DNA of 59,190 nucleotides, the filler included, from Sluysia triapertura (taxonomy: Eukaryota), in NCBI GenBank assembly GCA_046118255.1. It is 4 parts of 4 records of this genome, joined end to end, with 100 filler letters (N's around TTAATTAATTAA, not from the genome) between each part and the next. Parts side by side here need not be neighbours in the genome. Positions count along the whole stretch, not along the records: positions 16,503 to 29,794 come from JBJNIA010048232.1; positions 29,895 to 40,992 come from JBJNIA010188931.1; 2 more parts are not named here. One strand, 5' to 3'. Within the stretch, counting starts at the first letter, position 1. Each line of letters begins with the position of its first letter. This document shows, in pieces, positions 25,026 through 38,406 of the stretch. The notes under the pieces are model-generated. The model worked only from the letters and a program-made list of their open reading frames with translations. It was not told where the DNA came from and did not search any database. A program made the translations under genes and the position numbers.

Positions 25026-26659
25026 AGTACTAACACTTACATGTTGTGTAACTCCAGAGGTTGAGCATCATATTTAGTTATTGAATTATTTTAAGATTGA
25101 TTTACATTAAATTGTAATTAATATAATTAATTAATTTATTTATACTTTATTTTAAAATTTTTATTACTGAAATTGCCTACTTTAATTTTAACTATTCGTC
25201 GGATATGTACTTTCCCTTTTTAAATCACAAAGTCGATATAAATAAATTTTGATAAAATGAAATTTTTTAATTTTTATGATTGTAATGTTAGAATTATTGA
25301 AACTTAAAATTATTTAAACTCATCATAAACTCATTGATTATTTACATTAACTCGCTTTATCTTATTATTTGATAATAAGGTACTTACTCTTTTATTGTCT
25401 TAGAAAATGATTTCTGAAAGTACGTTCGCCTATAGATTTCGATTATACTACCTAAGAAGTCACTAAAACCTTATATATTCTTATAAAATAATGTAAGAAA
25501 TAAACTAAGAATGTATTTAAAAACGCAACAAAATAAAAACGTGATAACAATGCGATTTAATTACACCGAAAATAAAATAAATAATTTATGTAAATATTAA
25601 AATCGCTCTTAATATTTGAATAAACAAATTTTATTAAGATTGTAAAACGATCATTAAAATATCTTAGAAAAGTGAAATGATTTTGAGTCGCAGTTTAACT
25701 CTTTAGTTAAAAAATGGAAAAAAAATTTACAATAATAATAACTTATGTAATTTACAATCACGATTGACATATATTAGAAAAATCTCTAAAGGGATTTGAT
25801 ATTCAGACAACTCTTTTTATACGATTAACACTTCATAAATTTCGAATTGATGAAAAGCTTGAAACAGATTTGATACTCAAAAAGCTTTTTTTGATTAACC
25901 AAAATTATATTATAACAATGACTTTATGCCTGCGAGAAATCTTTGTAGATCATACAACTCAACAAAATTTTTTTATTGTTTGGTTGGCTTATGTATACAT
26001 TTCATCTGCATAAAAAATTATTGTCGTTATCAAGATAATTAATGTAATTATTTTTTAATCATAGAGCAATTCTGACCGAAATAATAATTTTGCTTAATTC
26101 ATAAAGTAATTATTTTAATTTTCATATTTACAATTACAATATTTATGAATAATTACAAAATTATTTTTAATTTTCCAAAAGATATGAACAATTGATTTTT
26201 ATTATTTACAAGACAATGTTAAATTATTATTATTAACTTATTATTTCACTAATGTTTGAAGTGATATGACAAATCAAGATACTTTTAAAATATACTCTGA
26301 AAAGATATAATTATAAATTTAATAAAATATATAAAAATAAATAAGGAAATAAAGAAAAAGAAGTATTCAAAGAATTAAACAAGCTGTATAAAAATGAATG
26401 CCAATCATATGGAAATATCAAATGAAAGGCTAAAGACTTAAAACAAGATTGGCAGATCGATTTAAGAAAAATTACTCTAACTTTTTATAGATAATTGTCG
26501 AATAACGAAAAGAGCTTTATCGACAGAGATAAATATTAAAAAACTAAAAGGCATCCAATATTTTTGTATTTATAATATTCCAATGCATATTGATGGATTA
26601 AAACATTAAAATTTGAAGAAATTACTAAATTTATTACAAAAAACTAATTAAAATAATTA

Positions 26660-26800
26660 AATTCCTTATTAAAACTAGTTTTCAAAAAAGAAAATATTAC
26701 TTTCTAAATAAGAAAACTAAAATTCTAGAAAAAATTCAATAAAATTCTATCAATTTTCATTGGCTGATGGCTAATATATGTACTGGCATCAGTTAAATAC
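26660..26800 (+). repeat. Family C repeat fragment
   Basis: TTTTCATTGGCTGATGGCTAATATATGTACTGGCATCAGTT is the reverse complement of ~30545-30586 with few changes. Confidence 0.7.
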
Positions 26801-27434
26801 AAGGGCAAAAATTAATAATACAAACGTTTGAAAATTTTTAGCCACACAATTTTAGCAAGTTATTTTTTATAAGGCTGTTTATTAATTTAATGAAGGAAAC
26901 ACATAATAAAAATTTAAAAAGTAATAATAAAAATTTTTAATTATAAAATATTTATTTTATCCTTGAATATTTTTAGTATTATCTTTTTAAACAACTAATT
27001 CCTGTGCTATAATAAATCTTATCATTTCACGTGTTAACTAAGAGTAACATATGAAAATTAAGTTGTGCAAAAATAATATCACAATAAGTTGAATTTTTCC
27101 AATAAAAACCATTATTTTAATTATATAAACGCTACCTGCTCAATTTTATTTTACTAGGTTAAGAATTAAGAAAACCATAGCTTTTACTTAATAATACTTA
27201 CTTAATTATTATTACGAAGTTTTTATTCCAGAGTTATGGAACGTCTTTGTAACTTGGTACATAGAACATAATGTTTTTTATTTTTATAAATGTTTTTCTT
27301 AAGATATAAGAAATCTTTTGATGTTAGTTATTTTTTATGTTGTGTCCTCTGTTTAATGAATGTACTTAATTAAATATTCTTTTAAATATGGTGATTGTGT
27401 ATTGTCAGGTGAAAACTTTAAATTTCATTCTTTT

Positions 27435-27484
<50 letters not shown>
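27435..27484. repeat. (CA)n(TA)n microsatellite
   Basis: Directly visible, just upstream of exon C. Confidence 0.95.
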
Positions 27485-27488
<4 letters not shown>

Positions 27489-27528
27489 TGTTTCAAATAA
27501 ATTTGATTATTGTTTATTTACTTGTTAG

Positions 27529-27723
27529 TTCCACAGACAAAATTTCCTGTCAAATTTCGAATGGCTTCACATTTCAGTTTCAATGGAAACGATGAAATCG
27601 ATATCAGTGTCCCAGTAGGTTCAGATCTAGTTCTGTATTGTATATATGAAAGTGCTCCAATTCATGAAGTTACATGGTATAATGCTAATTCAGACGTCAA
27701 ATATATTACTGATCAACAATTTG
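27529..27723 (+). CDS. Ig-superfamily receptor, exon C (first half of next Ig domain)
   Basis: TTGTTAG acceptor in phase with exon B; ISVPVGSDLVLYCIYESAPIHEVTWYN has the B-strand Cys and C-strand Trp; donor GTTAG at 27724. Confidence 0.85.
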
Positions 27724-29794
27724 GTTAGAAATTAAATATATTTTAGAAATTGCTTATTTATTATAATTTAAATAATAATATTGATGATAATAATGAAAAT
27801 AAATTGTATTTTTGAAAATAGATTTAATTATTTAAGATATTGTTTGTAAATTAAATAATTAAAAGTTATATCTTTTTAAAATCATTGGTTAATATTTATT
27901 TTATATATTAAAGAAAACTTATATAATATACAATAAAAAAAGAAAAATTAAATGACATATTTCAGAAGATTTTACATAATTCTGTACTATTTTAATCATA
28001 ATATTCATATGATTAAAAATATTATATTTTATTGAAATAAAATATATACATTTTAAAATTTATATAGTGATTGACTGGATAATTTTTTGTATAACATAGA
28101 TTTTAATATTTTTCATTTCAGCCTTCCCAATTTTAATCATAAACTACAAATTACCATAACTGTTTCATTTTTTCACTAATAAATTTATATCGAGTACGAA
28201 GGCGTATTAATATTTAAATTTCAATTTCAAAACGCTGATATGTTTACATTTTAAATTTTAAATGTCACTGACAATGACATTTGTAGTAACCGTTATGTAT
28301 TTTTAAAATATTGATTGCTTTGATGTTATGATATTACTCAAATTTCTGCACTATTCGTATATAGCACAATAAAAATTATTCAATTATTTATAAAAAAGTA
28401 AATTGACAAAACAAATAAAAAATATATAAATGAAATTCACAATTTTTCTCATTCAAGTGAAGTAAAATTATACAAATTTATTATGACAATCTAGATTAAA
28501 TATTATCAAATAATTGGACCAATTTAATTGTTTTTTTATATTTATAAAAACATTACTAACTATCTAATTACTCATACTTTCTTTTAATTATTTTCTTTAT
28601 GTAAATTTTGTAAGAAAATTAAATTATGAAATTTTCAAATAACAGAAAAATGTTAAAATTATCTTTTTTAACTGTAGTTAGGAGTAATTATATTTAATGA
28701 GATAATAATGGTGTACATAAATCATCACAGATTTAATATATCTTCAAAATTTTGTTAATGTCTTTTAATTATGACTTATTTTGTTTATTCAGTGTAGTAC
28801 AGTAAAATTATCATTAAAATTATAAGTATTATGAAAAGTAATATTTTAAAACTAATTAATAATTATAAATAATTTTTTAATATATCACATACACTGTGTG
28901 TAACATTCCATCAAAAAGTAGTTTAATGCCAAAAAAATTAAATTCTATAAATAAATGTATTTTATAATTTACACCTACTGTTTTCGTGGATGCCATTGAT
29001 TTGATATTTGATATAATTATTTTTAACACAATACCGTAATGGGCAGCTTGCAGATTATCATACGACAAATAAGAATTAAGTAAGATTATTATTTGAAAAA
29101 TGTGGATAAAGAAATTACTAATTAGTGCAAAGCTTGTAAAATCTGTAATTTTTTTAATTAATTACACATATTTTGGTTATGAGATAATTTCAATTATATT
29201 TCATTTCATTCGTATTCATTTAGACGATCTTACTTAGAAAATGTTGTAAAGTTTAGTTTATTTTATAATTAAAGTAGTAGTAATATAAATAATTAAATTC
29301 GGATTATAATAATTCAATCGGATACGTTAAATAGGAATGGAATATTTGATTCGCTCTGACAGGAAATCCCATGTAAACAACTAAAACCAAATAGCGAATC
29401 CTGATTAAGAATCTACATCTTCTTTACTCTCAAAACAGTTTATAACCATTATAATTTTATCTTTGTTCATGGTTTTCTTAAAAATCTGTGAGTAAAGTAA
29501 AGTGTGTAGAATAAATATTAAATTAAAATTGTGAGTTCACCAACATACTGGACTTACCATTTAGGGCCAGCCGTTGAATTTATGAAGTAAAAGTATCAGG
29601 ATTTTAATAAAAAATTTTAGGAAACTTAATGTTTAGTTAGGTATGTTAAATGTCTGGATGTATATATGCTAAATTACAAAATTTATCTAATAATTTAAAC
29701 GAGATTTTTCGAAGATTCTTTGAAATAGGATCGATAATAATCAATTTACGAAGTTAGACTTATAATCTAACAAAATCTCTTTAAGTAACAAATT

Positions 29795-29894
29795 NNNNNN
29801 NNNNNNNNNNNNNNNNNNNNNNNNNNNNNNNNNNNNNNTTAATTAATTAANNNNNNNNNNNNNNNNNNNNNNNNNNNNNNNNNNNNNNNNNNNN
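29795..29894. other. Artificial contig join
   Basis: 44 N + TTAATTAATTAA + 44 N. Confidence 0.95.
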
Positions 29895-29995
29895 TGGATG
29901 TTGAATATGTTTTGATGTGCTTGTGATGAGATAAAATCATGGGTAATGGTTTGGGCCTCACAAAAAATTATCATATTTTAATTTCTTATAGTTGT

Positions 29996-30055
29996 TGTGG
30001 TTTTCTTAAAGCTTAACCTACATCAAAATAAAATTGAGCTGGGTCCGCTTACAAT
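29996..30055 (+). repeat. Family E repeat start (TGTGGTTTTCTTAA...CAAAATAAAATT...TGGGTCCGC)
   Basis: Related starts at 54416, ~24211, ~36618, ~29467, ~17808 and inverted at ~27127-27178. Confidence 0.65.
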
Positions 30056-30499
30056 AAATGTCTTACAACTTATAGTTGGTACTTCTGCAACTTGATAAGT
30101 TAATATTTACTTAAAAAGTACGTTTAGTACGTTCCTAATAAACTTTTAACAAGGGTCTTTACTTTCCTTTCCACAATAAAAGAAAATTCAATGATTTTTT
30201 AATTATATTAATGCAATTGTAAAGATAGAATAAATTAGAACACTAAACAACAAAATCCTCTTGTTTTCTGTATCAAATTTAAGTGGAAAATTTCCCCTCA
30301 GTTTAACGGGGTTCTTATAATATTAGAATTAAAATGAAGTTTACGTGCATTTTAAGATCTTGATTTATAACAAAGCAAAATCACCTTAAAATAAAACAAT
30401 TTATTCTTCTGATGTTAATGTTTCGAATTTCAAGTAGAACTGATAGAATATTAAAATGTTGACCGAATTTAAGATAGAGCTGGTTACTTACAAAATGGC

Positions 30500-30764
30500 A
30501 CTATATTTTGACTAATTAAGATTGTAAAATGGCGATTTTCATTAAACTGATGCTAGTTTATATATTAGCCATCAGCCAATGAAAATCAACGAAATGTTCT
30601 AGAACATTCTAGAAGTTTCTATTTTATATTTAGAAGCGAATTTTCTTTTTTCGAAATTTATTTTCTTTTTTGGAAAATAAACAAATTTTAAGCGTTTTTA
30701 GACATTTATAAATAATTTTAAAGCATTTTATGTGATTTTAAAGGGTCGTGATGACAACCTAACA
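30500..30764 (-). repeat. LTR-like repeat, family C
   Basis: Minus strand starts TGTTAGGTTGTCATCACGACCC; inverted homologue at 36779-37000; a further end at ~57390-57468. Confidence 0.8.
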
Positions 30765-32057
30765 CAATCATGCCTTCCACAATTATGGCATACTACATCT
30801 TCCTCAATATTTGTCTGAGTCTAAAATTATTACTTCCGTTATTGTAATTATTATAGTTGCTAGTGTTTTGCTGAATTTGTTTACTTTACTTATGCAGTGA
30901 ATTCCTTACAATCTTAGTCTTACTTAAGGACTAAATTGTAAGCTGTAATTTAGAAGAACTTATACGGAGGTATAAAATATAATTTATTAATAATCGTTCA
31001 ATAACTTCTTTTTGTGCAGTAAGTATGAAATTGGTATGCGAGTATTTTTTTTGAAATTGAATTTGATATTTTATTCTTCTTTTTCTCTAAATGATTATGA
31101 AATGAGTAATATTTTATTACCGTGTTCCAAAAACGGTGACCTTATCAATCTTTTATAATTTAATTAAGATTTTTAGTGGATTTTACAACCGAGTAAAATC
31201 GATAACTTTACATTTCAAATGTTTATTTAAATGAATAGAAATAGCAAAAATAATTATTAAATGAATGTAAATAAAAATTATACAATTTTATAATATATTT
31301 AATCAACAAATTATAGATTAATATATATAATTTAATTATACAAATTATAGATTAATATATAATCACCAAAACAAAATTTTAATTTTAATTTTCAACTCCT
31401 CTTAAAAAGGGTTGTGAAACTTTAACTAAGATTTTAAGTGGAAAGTTACACTATCTTATAATAAAAAACATAATGCTTAATAAATTAAACTAACGAATAA
31501 AATGATATGAATAATCCGTAAGCTAGAATCCAATAGTGAAAAAGCAAGAAACATGATCACCAAATTTTTCTACGAAGTGTAATTTAATGATATTAAAATT
31601 TTGAATAATTGATCCAAAATTTTCCTCGAAACGTATCTATGCCACTTAATGATCGCAAATTTAAAATTTTAAATAATTGTTATTTGTGTTGTTTTGTGTA
31701 GTGTATTTTGTGCGATTCTAGCATTGTATTTATAGCAAAGGTCCAGTGACTTTGAAGAAATAAAGAAAAACAAAGAATTCGAATTTTAAGAATTTAATTT
31801 AAACTTAATTTGAATTTTTTATAAAGAATTTAATTGTGAATTTTTATAAAATTGTTCTAATTTATAACATTAATTTGTTACAATAATAATAATGACAATA
31901 ATAACAATAACAAAATAATCGATAATAATAATAAAACCAAAAATCAAAAATTATTTTTAGAAATTACAACATTAAAAGACTATAACATTAAATTATTCGT
32001 TGATATTTACAACATTATTTTTAGAAAATTCTAACTAATGATTCTAACACAATAATT

Positions 32058-33126
32058 TTAACTAATAATTTTATTTTTAGAAACCAATTCAAACACACTG
32101 ACATAGTTATTTGGTCTATTTGGACTCTTCTTTCTACTTATAAAGTTATCATTTTCGTTATTTGGACACGTATGTGATAGTCGATTTTCATAATCTCGTG
32201 AACAAACGTTGTTTTGATAGTTTCTTCTTTTTCTTCTTGGATTACAGTAATTATTTCTTCTTGGGCTGAAATTGTCTGTTTCGTCAGCAATTGTTTTCAC
32301 GAAAAATATTTGTATTTCTTTCAAAATTGTTATTATTTAGAGAATTCTGATAATTTTACTTAGGAAATTAACTTCTTAAATTGCATTCTTAAATAATATT
32401 TTATCTCTCTAAAAAATATTATGACATTTTCCTTCGGCTCGAGATCTCTCAATGCCTCTTAATTTCGGAACGACTTTTTTGAATGGTTGATTATCTATTA
32501 AACTGAAGTAAATTCTTAATTCTGGACTTATTCCCATTTTAAATTTATCTATTGAAGTTATATAGTTTTATCTTCAGGGAATTTTGCTCTGGCATTAAAC
32601 TTTTAAGTGCACAAGCAAATTCTGTTTCAGATGGATTTTGTTTCCTAATACTTAACATTTTTTCATAATATTTTCCAATATCATACAAAGAAATTTCCTC
32701 AGTAAATGAGTTAACAAAAGTATTCCAATTTTGTTTTTTGCATTGCCTATTTCCTTATATGATTGAATTTCTACTCCTAGTAAGTAATTTTGGATTTATT
32801 CTGGCAGTTAATTTCTGCTACGCTAGCGTAATTGAAAAAGTTGCAGAGTTTTATCATGAGCAAACATCTTTATTGAGTGATCAAATTAAACAAATTTTAA
32901 TTAAATTAATTAACAAACGTACTTTAATATTGTCACAAATAAAACCCTGCAAATGGTTATTTCTTCGTATTTCACATTATTTTATTTTGATTTAAGTATT
33001 TTATGTACTTATCTTACCATGACAGTTCATCATAATACCTTATCTCAATTTTTTAATATTTGAACTTATTCTGTTATCCTGAGTCTATACCCTTACAACT
33101 ACCTTTATCTTTAACCAATCCCAACA
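32058..33126 (-). mobile_element. LTR retrotransposon 5' remnant: family D LTR plus degenerate gag-like region
   Basis: LTR begins TGTTGGGATT at 33126. Downstream QNWNTFVNSFTEEISLYDIGKYYEKMLSIRKQNPSETEFACALKSL resembles Ty3/gypsy gag capsid (WxxFxxxF...LxxIxQ...EFA), followed by an R/N-rich tail. Confidence 0.55.
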
Positions 33127-34021
33127 GATTCCTGAAGCACTCCATACTTTAAATATGCTTGATTTGACTTAATATTATAAAATAAAACGTATTACCTTCT
33201 TTTAATTAGGATTCAGACCATTTTGCTGCACTAAATGAGACACTTGAAATTTTTTAAAATTTTTGCAAAACAAGATGATAAAGAAAATCCATGCATGGGT
33301 AATATTTTGAATTTTATTTTACATTTAATAAATATTAATATAGTTAAAATAATTTTTTTGATTTTAATACTCATATTTCTAGAGAATCTCTCTTCTTGTT
33401 TTAGATTATAATAATCATAGATATTTTGGAATTCTCCTTTACTATTTTAACTTATAATATTCATATAAGATAAATAATTATATTTAACAATTTTAGCAAG
33501 TTACAGTTGTCACTCCTGATTCATTGATTAAATAATTGCATTGATATTGTAGTTTAACTTTTGCGATTTTATTATTTTTTTGATTTAGTCATTCCTAATT
33601 GATTCTTTAATAATTATTATTGTGTAAATATAAACTCATAATAATTTGTATTTTGATTTCATTGTTGGGATTGTCCAACTGTGAATTAGGAGATGAGTAA
33701 GAGACATAGAATTACAAAATGAAGGAAAAGTTGATACGAAGTGATAGATTGAAATTATAAACATTGTTGGAAAAAGAATTATGAAAATAAAAAAAACATT
33801 TATGATAAGATTAGCAGCTGAAGAATACATTAGAGTTTCAAATACCTATATAAGGTGTCGAGACCTTGTGGAAGCTTGAAATGAACTTGGAAAACCTGTG
33901 AAGGTATTAGAATACCTTCGAGCTTCTGAACTTTGATATCATCTGATACCTTATTAAACTTTAGGCTTTTGAGAAACCGTGATAAACATCTGGGTTCTAC
34001 GATTAACCTTATAGAGTCTTT

Positions 34022-34264
34022 AAAATCTTTAAAATATTTGAGAAATGAAATTGTTGTTATTGGTATTAAGAATAAGTTTAGTATAGTAATAATTAACATG
34101 AACTTGTAAACCTTTAGATCATTTAAGTATTCTTGAAGTATCTATAAGCATTTGAGATTCTTTAGTAATCTTACAAAGTATTTAAAATCTTTGAAATATT
34201 TGAGAAATAAAATCATTGTTATTGGTATTGAAAATAAATCTAGTATAGTAATAATTAACACGAA
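34022..34264. repeat. Tandem ~80-bp duplication (period ~162 bp) within a degenerate short-period repeat
   Basis: AAAATCTTT(A/G)AAATATTTGAGAAAT...GTTATTGGTATT...AGTATAGTAATAATTAACA occurs twice. Confidence 0.8.
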
Positions 34265-36778
34265 GAAGTATAAAAAGTAATCAGAGAGGTGAAGATGAAA
34301 AATCTAGAGCCTCCTGAATGCCTTATAAACTACTAAATAACTGTAAGACCTTAATAAAATCTTTAAAAATAAAATAATATTAAATTTAACAATAGATTAA
34401 TTCATTAAAATCTTAATTAAGTTAATTAAGAAAAGGTACGTTTTTGTGAATAACTTTTGATTGCGGAATACTGTGTTGAATTTGAAACCGTGTATGTATT
34501 TGTTTTAAAAAGACCTTTCGATGAAGGTATGGTTTGACCAAGTTCATGCAAGGAAAGCCTTACTATTGAGCAAAGTCAAATTTTAATTGATTTTTAATTA
34601 TGCAATGTTGATTTTTTTATACTTAGAATGATGAAAGTACAATGAATTGAATATGGAAGAGGAGAATCTAAAATTGAGTTTGAAATGTTTGTAGAGTGTT
34701 TTGTTTGAGAATAAGAAGCTTAAACATTTTCCATTAGAAAATTGGGTGTGACAAACCAAAAATCAATTAAATTCTGAAAACTAAAATTAAATTCATTATT
34801 TTTTATGTGCGTTAACAATAATAATGATTGTTATTTTAATGTGAGAATTAATTTAGGTAAAAATAGACTGAGTAGAGTAAAGGAAAATAATAGATAATCG
34901 TAAGTCAATTTTTTGTGTTTTGTATCTAATAAAATTTGAAAGTCTGTACCATTTAACTGTCAAAGTTATTATTGTCGGATTAATTCTCGAAAAATGTTCC
35001 AGAGATTTGTTAAGAGAATGTTTAATCAAAAATTTGGGAATGATTCGATGATGAGAAAATATAAAAAAGGAATACCAAAAAATTTTACCTCACAACAACA
35101 ACACAACAGTAACAACAACAACAATTATTAATGCATTAATTGTTTTAAGTAATTTTTGAATTTATTTTACAATAAAAAATATTATTTTGGAAATTTTATT
35201 AAATAGTTTTTGTTTTTGTGTTGTTTTTGGGAAATTTATATTTGATTATTATTAAGTAATAATCGTAAATAAAAATTATTATTTTCGTAGTTCTGCGCCA
35301 CCTTTAGTTTCTTGGCATAAGATTGTTATGTCCTTAATACTATTATAAACGTTATTGTTAATTTTGTCATTTTAGTCATTTTTAGTATTGTTTAGTATTT
35401 GATTATTGTGTTGTTATTGATTTGATTTTTAAAACTTGATTTTTGGATAAATAATTATTATTATCAAAGTAAGAGAATTACTGAAAATTTATACTTGATA
35501 TAGTGACCACTTAAATTATTAAGATTCTTTTGAAGATAATTAAAATAATACTGATTTATCATAGCTAATAATTTTCAAAGACGCAACATTATTACTTGGC
35601 AACATTTGCATTACTTTAAAAATTTTGGAAGAAATGTACAAATCTTAGATCACAGGCGAATTAATTATTAAACATTTTGTGATAGTACGTTCAAAAGGTA
35701 AGATTACTCTTGTAAAATTTAACCAAAGCGCACAAATATACGCCTAAGATAATAAAGCATTATAAAAAATAGATCAGATAGTTAGATGTTAATCCACTAA
35801 ATGGCCTGCTAAATATTGTTATGTTGTTGCAAGAGTTCTTAAAGATCCTATTTGAGGATAGATAGACAATCTTCAAAACATGCAAAATAAGCCAAAAGTA
35901 TCTATAGAAAGAAGAAACGCAAAACAATACAAGGAATTTGTTTATTATGAGCATATAGAAGATGTTACGATACATAATGTCTTTTTTGTGTATTGTAATA
36001 AATTATAGATTATAATAGATTATAAAAATAGATTATAAAGTGACCATTGTTACCGTGTTCAGATCAAAGTGAAACTTGTTTCTCAGATATTCAAGGGAAA
36101 AACGGAAACAATAAAATAAGGTCTTTTCATGTCATACATTCACTTTCTGTGTTTTGATTAATTTTAAAATACTTCAATAAAACAAATTGACTTATCAATA
36201 TTTTTCTGTTAGAGACATATCTAAAGATAGTTTTAAATAAAATTTTCATATTTATTATTTTGTTAATTTTAAAGATAATAAATTATAAACTAATTCTAAT
36301 GTTTTTAAAAATTAAATAAAAAGTGATTATCAGATATTAAATAAGAAATATTATATCAAATTTTTAATGAAAGCAAATATTTAAAGTGTTTACTTGTTAT
36401 CAGATTATAAACTTTATTTATCTAATCTATATTTAGAAAACAAGATAAAATATATAAATTATAATTTATAATATATTTGTTTTTATTTTAAAACGGCCGT
36501 TTTTCTGATATGATTAAGTTTTATATATTGCTATTTTGAATTAAATTTTCATTTTCATTTTATTCATATATCATTATTAATAAGATTCAAAGCCGATCGC
36601 TAAAAAATTCATTTGTTTGTAGTTTGTTAATCTGCGGCAAAATAAATATTTAGCAGGGCCCAGTTACAGTAATCGTCGTATAACGTAAATTTGGTGTTTC
36701 TATAATCATAAATCTTCACGTTCACTTTACATTTATTCTTTCACAGCTTAATTGAAATACTTTACTTACTTTACGTAT

Positions 36779-37000
36779 TGTTAGGTTCTTATCACAACCC
36801 TCTAAAATCAAATAAAATGTCTTAAAATTATTTAAAATCACTTTAAAAAGAATTATTTTCCAAAAAGAAATTATTTTTCGAAAAAACAAAAATTCGATTC
36901 TAAAAATAGAATATCAACTTCTAAAATGTTCCAGAATGTTCATCAGTTTAATGAAAATCGTCATTTTATCATCGCCATATTAAAAATTCAGAAAATAGCC
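36779..37000 (+). repeat. LTR-like repeat, family C
   Basis: TGTTAGGTTCTTATCACAACCC..., colinear with the reverse complement of 30500-30764. Confidence 0.8.
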
Positions 37001-37699
37001 ATCTTAAAAATTTAGTGTGTAAAATTTTCAATCGTGCATTCGAATGATTTTCGACTATTTAAAGGAGATTCTTTTCAAATTCCAGGTCATCAGTAAGTTA
37101 TTTTTATAAGGCGATATTAATTTTTATCAATAAGATTAATATCATAAAATAGACTCCCATTTAAATTTCTAAAGAAAGAATAAGGTATCCCGATATAATC
37201 AGGTGAAAAATACAGGCAAACTTACGTTTTATTAAAGGTAAAGACTGGAAAGCAGTTTTAACTTCAACAATTATAATTTATTTGAATTTTACTTCTCTTT
37301 CTTAATCCTCAGAATTTTTGTAATTTGTATTCATTGTTGAATTTTTAATTAATAAAGTTTTGGATTTTTAAAAGTTTGTATTTATTAAGTATTTTTCAAT
37401 ATGTATAATGTAAATTTGTAAAAATTTGATCTATTTTATTAAATAATTAAATAATTATTATATTCAAATTAAAATATTAAAATTACGAAATTAAATAATA
37501 ACACAATTTAAGAAACTAAAATACAAATTTTAAATAAAATTAAGGAAATTAAAATAAAATTTTAAATAAAATATAATAAAGTTTTAAAGAAAATTTATTG
37601 AGAATTTGTTTTATTATATCAAATTGAAAATAAAAGTAAATTTTTTTAACATGGCTTCCTTAAATATAAATTTAAGTGATTAATTTACAAATTTTAGAA

Positions 37700-38406
37700 A
37701 TTAGAAAAGTAAAGAAAATAATCCTAAACAATTTTTAGTTAAAAAAATTTTGTAATTTATTTCGAAGCAGAGAGATTTTATGAAGATGTCTACATCCATG
37801 CCCAAGTAATTTTTATCTAGGATTTATGTATTAATCCTATAGGAGGTCACTAAAATCTGCTTAAATTCTTTTGCTTTGAAAAACCTTGCGAAATATAATT
37901 TTAAAATCTTTGAGCCCCCAAAATAAGGTTGAGCCTTTATTAACTTATAATACTTATTATAATTTGGTTGATTTATGTTCTTTTATATAAGTGTTTTGTA
38001 TAAGCATTTTTAGTAATTTGCATAAACGTGTTTAGTAATATACTTTAAGAATTTTATTTAGTTTTTATTATTAAATTAAAATCATTAGACCTTAATACGG
38101 CTAATGCAATTTCTTAAATCATATATTAGACCTTAAAAAGACGAGTAATTAATTAAAATCTTTGAATTATTTTATACAAGACCTTAAAAATGCGTGTGTG
38201 ATTTATAATATTTATTGAACTAGACCTTAAGAAGGCTAGTGTAAAGATAATATCATAATCTAAAGTAATTAAATTTGTAAAGAGTTAAGAGAGTAAGTTT
38301 TAATTTTAAGTAGTTGTTACTCACTTTAAGTTTAAGTCTAATTTTTAAAATCCTAATAGCACGTCTCCAGAATTGGTATAAAGCGTGTATATTAGGCTAA
38401 TCGACA
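37700..38406 (-). mobile_element. Putative 5' LTR with tRNA-Pro primer-binding site
   Basis: Minus strand: TGTCGA start at 38406, internal tandem repeats, AATAAA near 37936-37941, then TGGGGGCTCA (37911-37920), matching the start of the tRNA-Pro PBS TGGGGGCTC, then MDVDIFIKSL. Confidence 0.5.

Noticed and set aside
28121-28160. Next Ig exon after TTTCAG
   Set aside because: In the required phase it reaches TAA after 12 codons with no Ig motif.
36650-36670. TGGGGCCCTG on the minus strand (and TGGGTCCGC at 2657 and 30040) as primer-binding sites
   Set aside because: Better explained as an internal motif shortly after the family E start.
38087-38245. CRISPR array
   Set aside because: Eukaryotic context, only a 9-bp exact core, uneven spacing and no cas genes.
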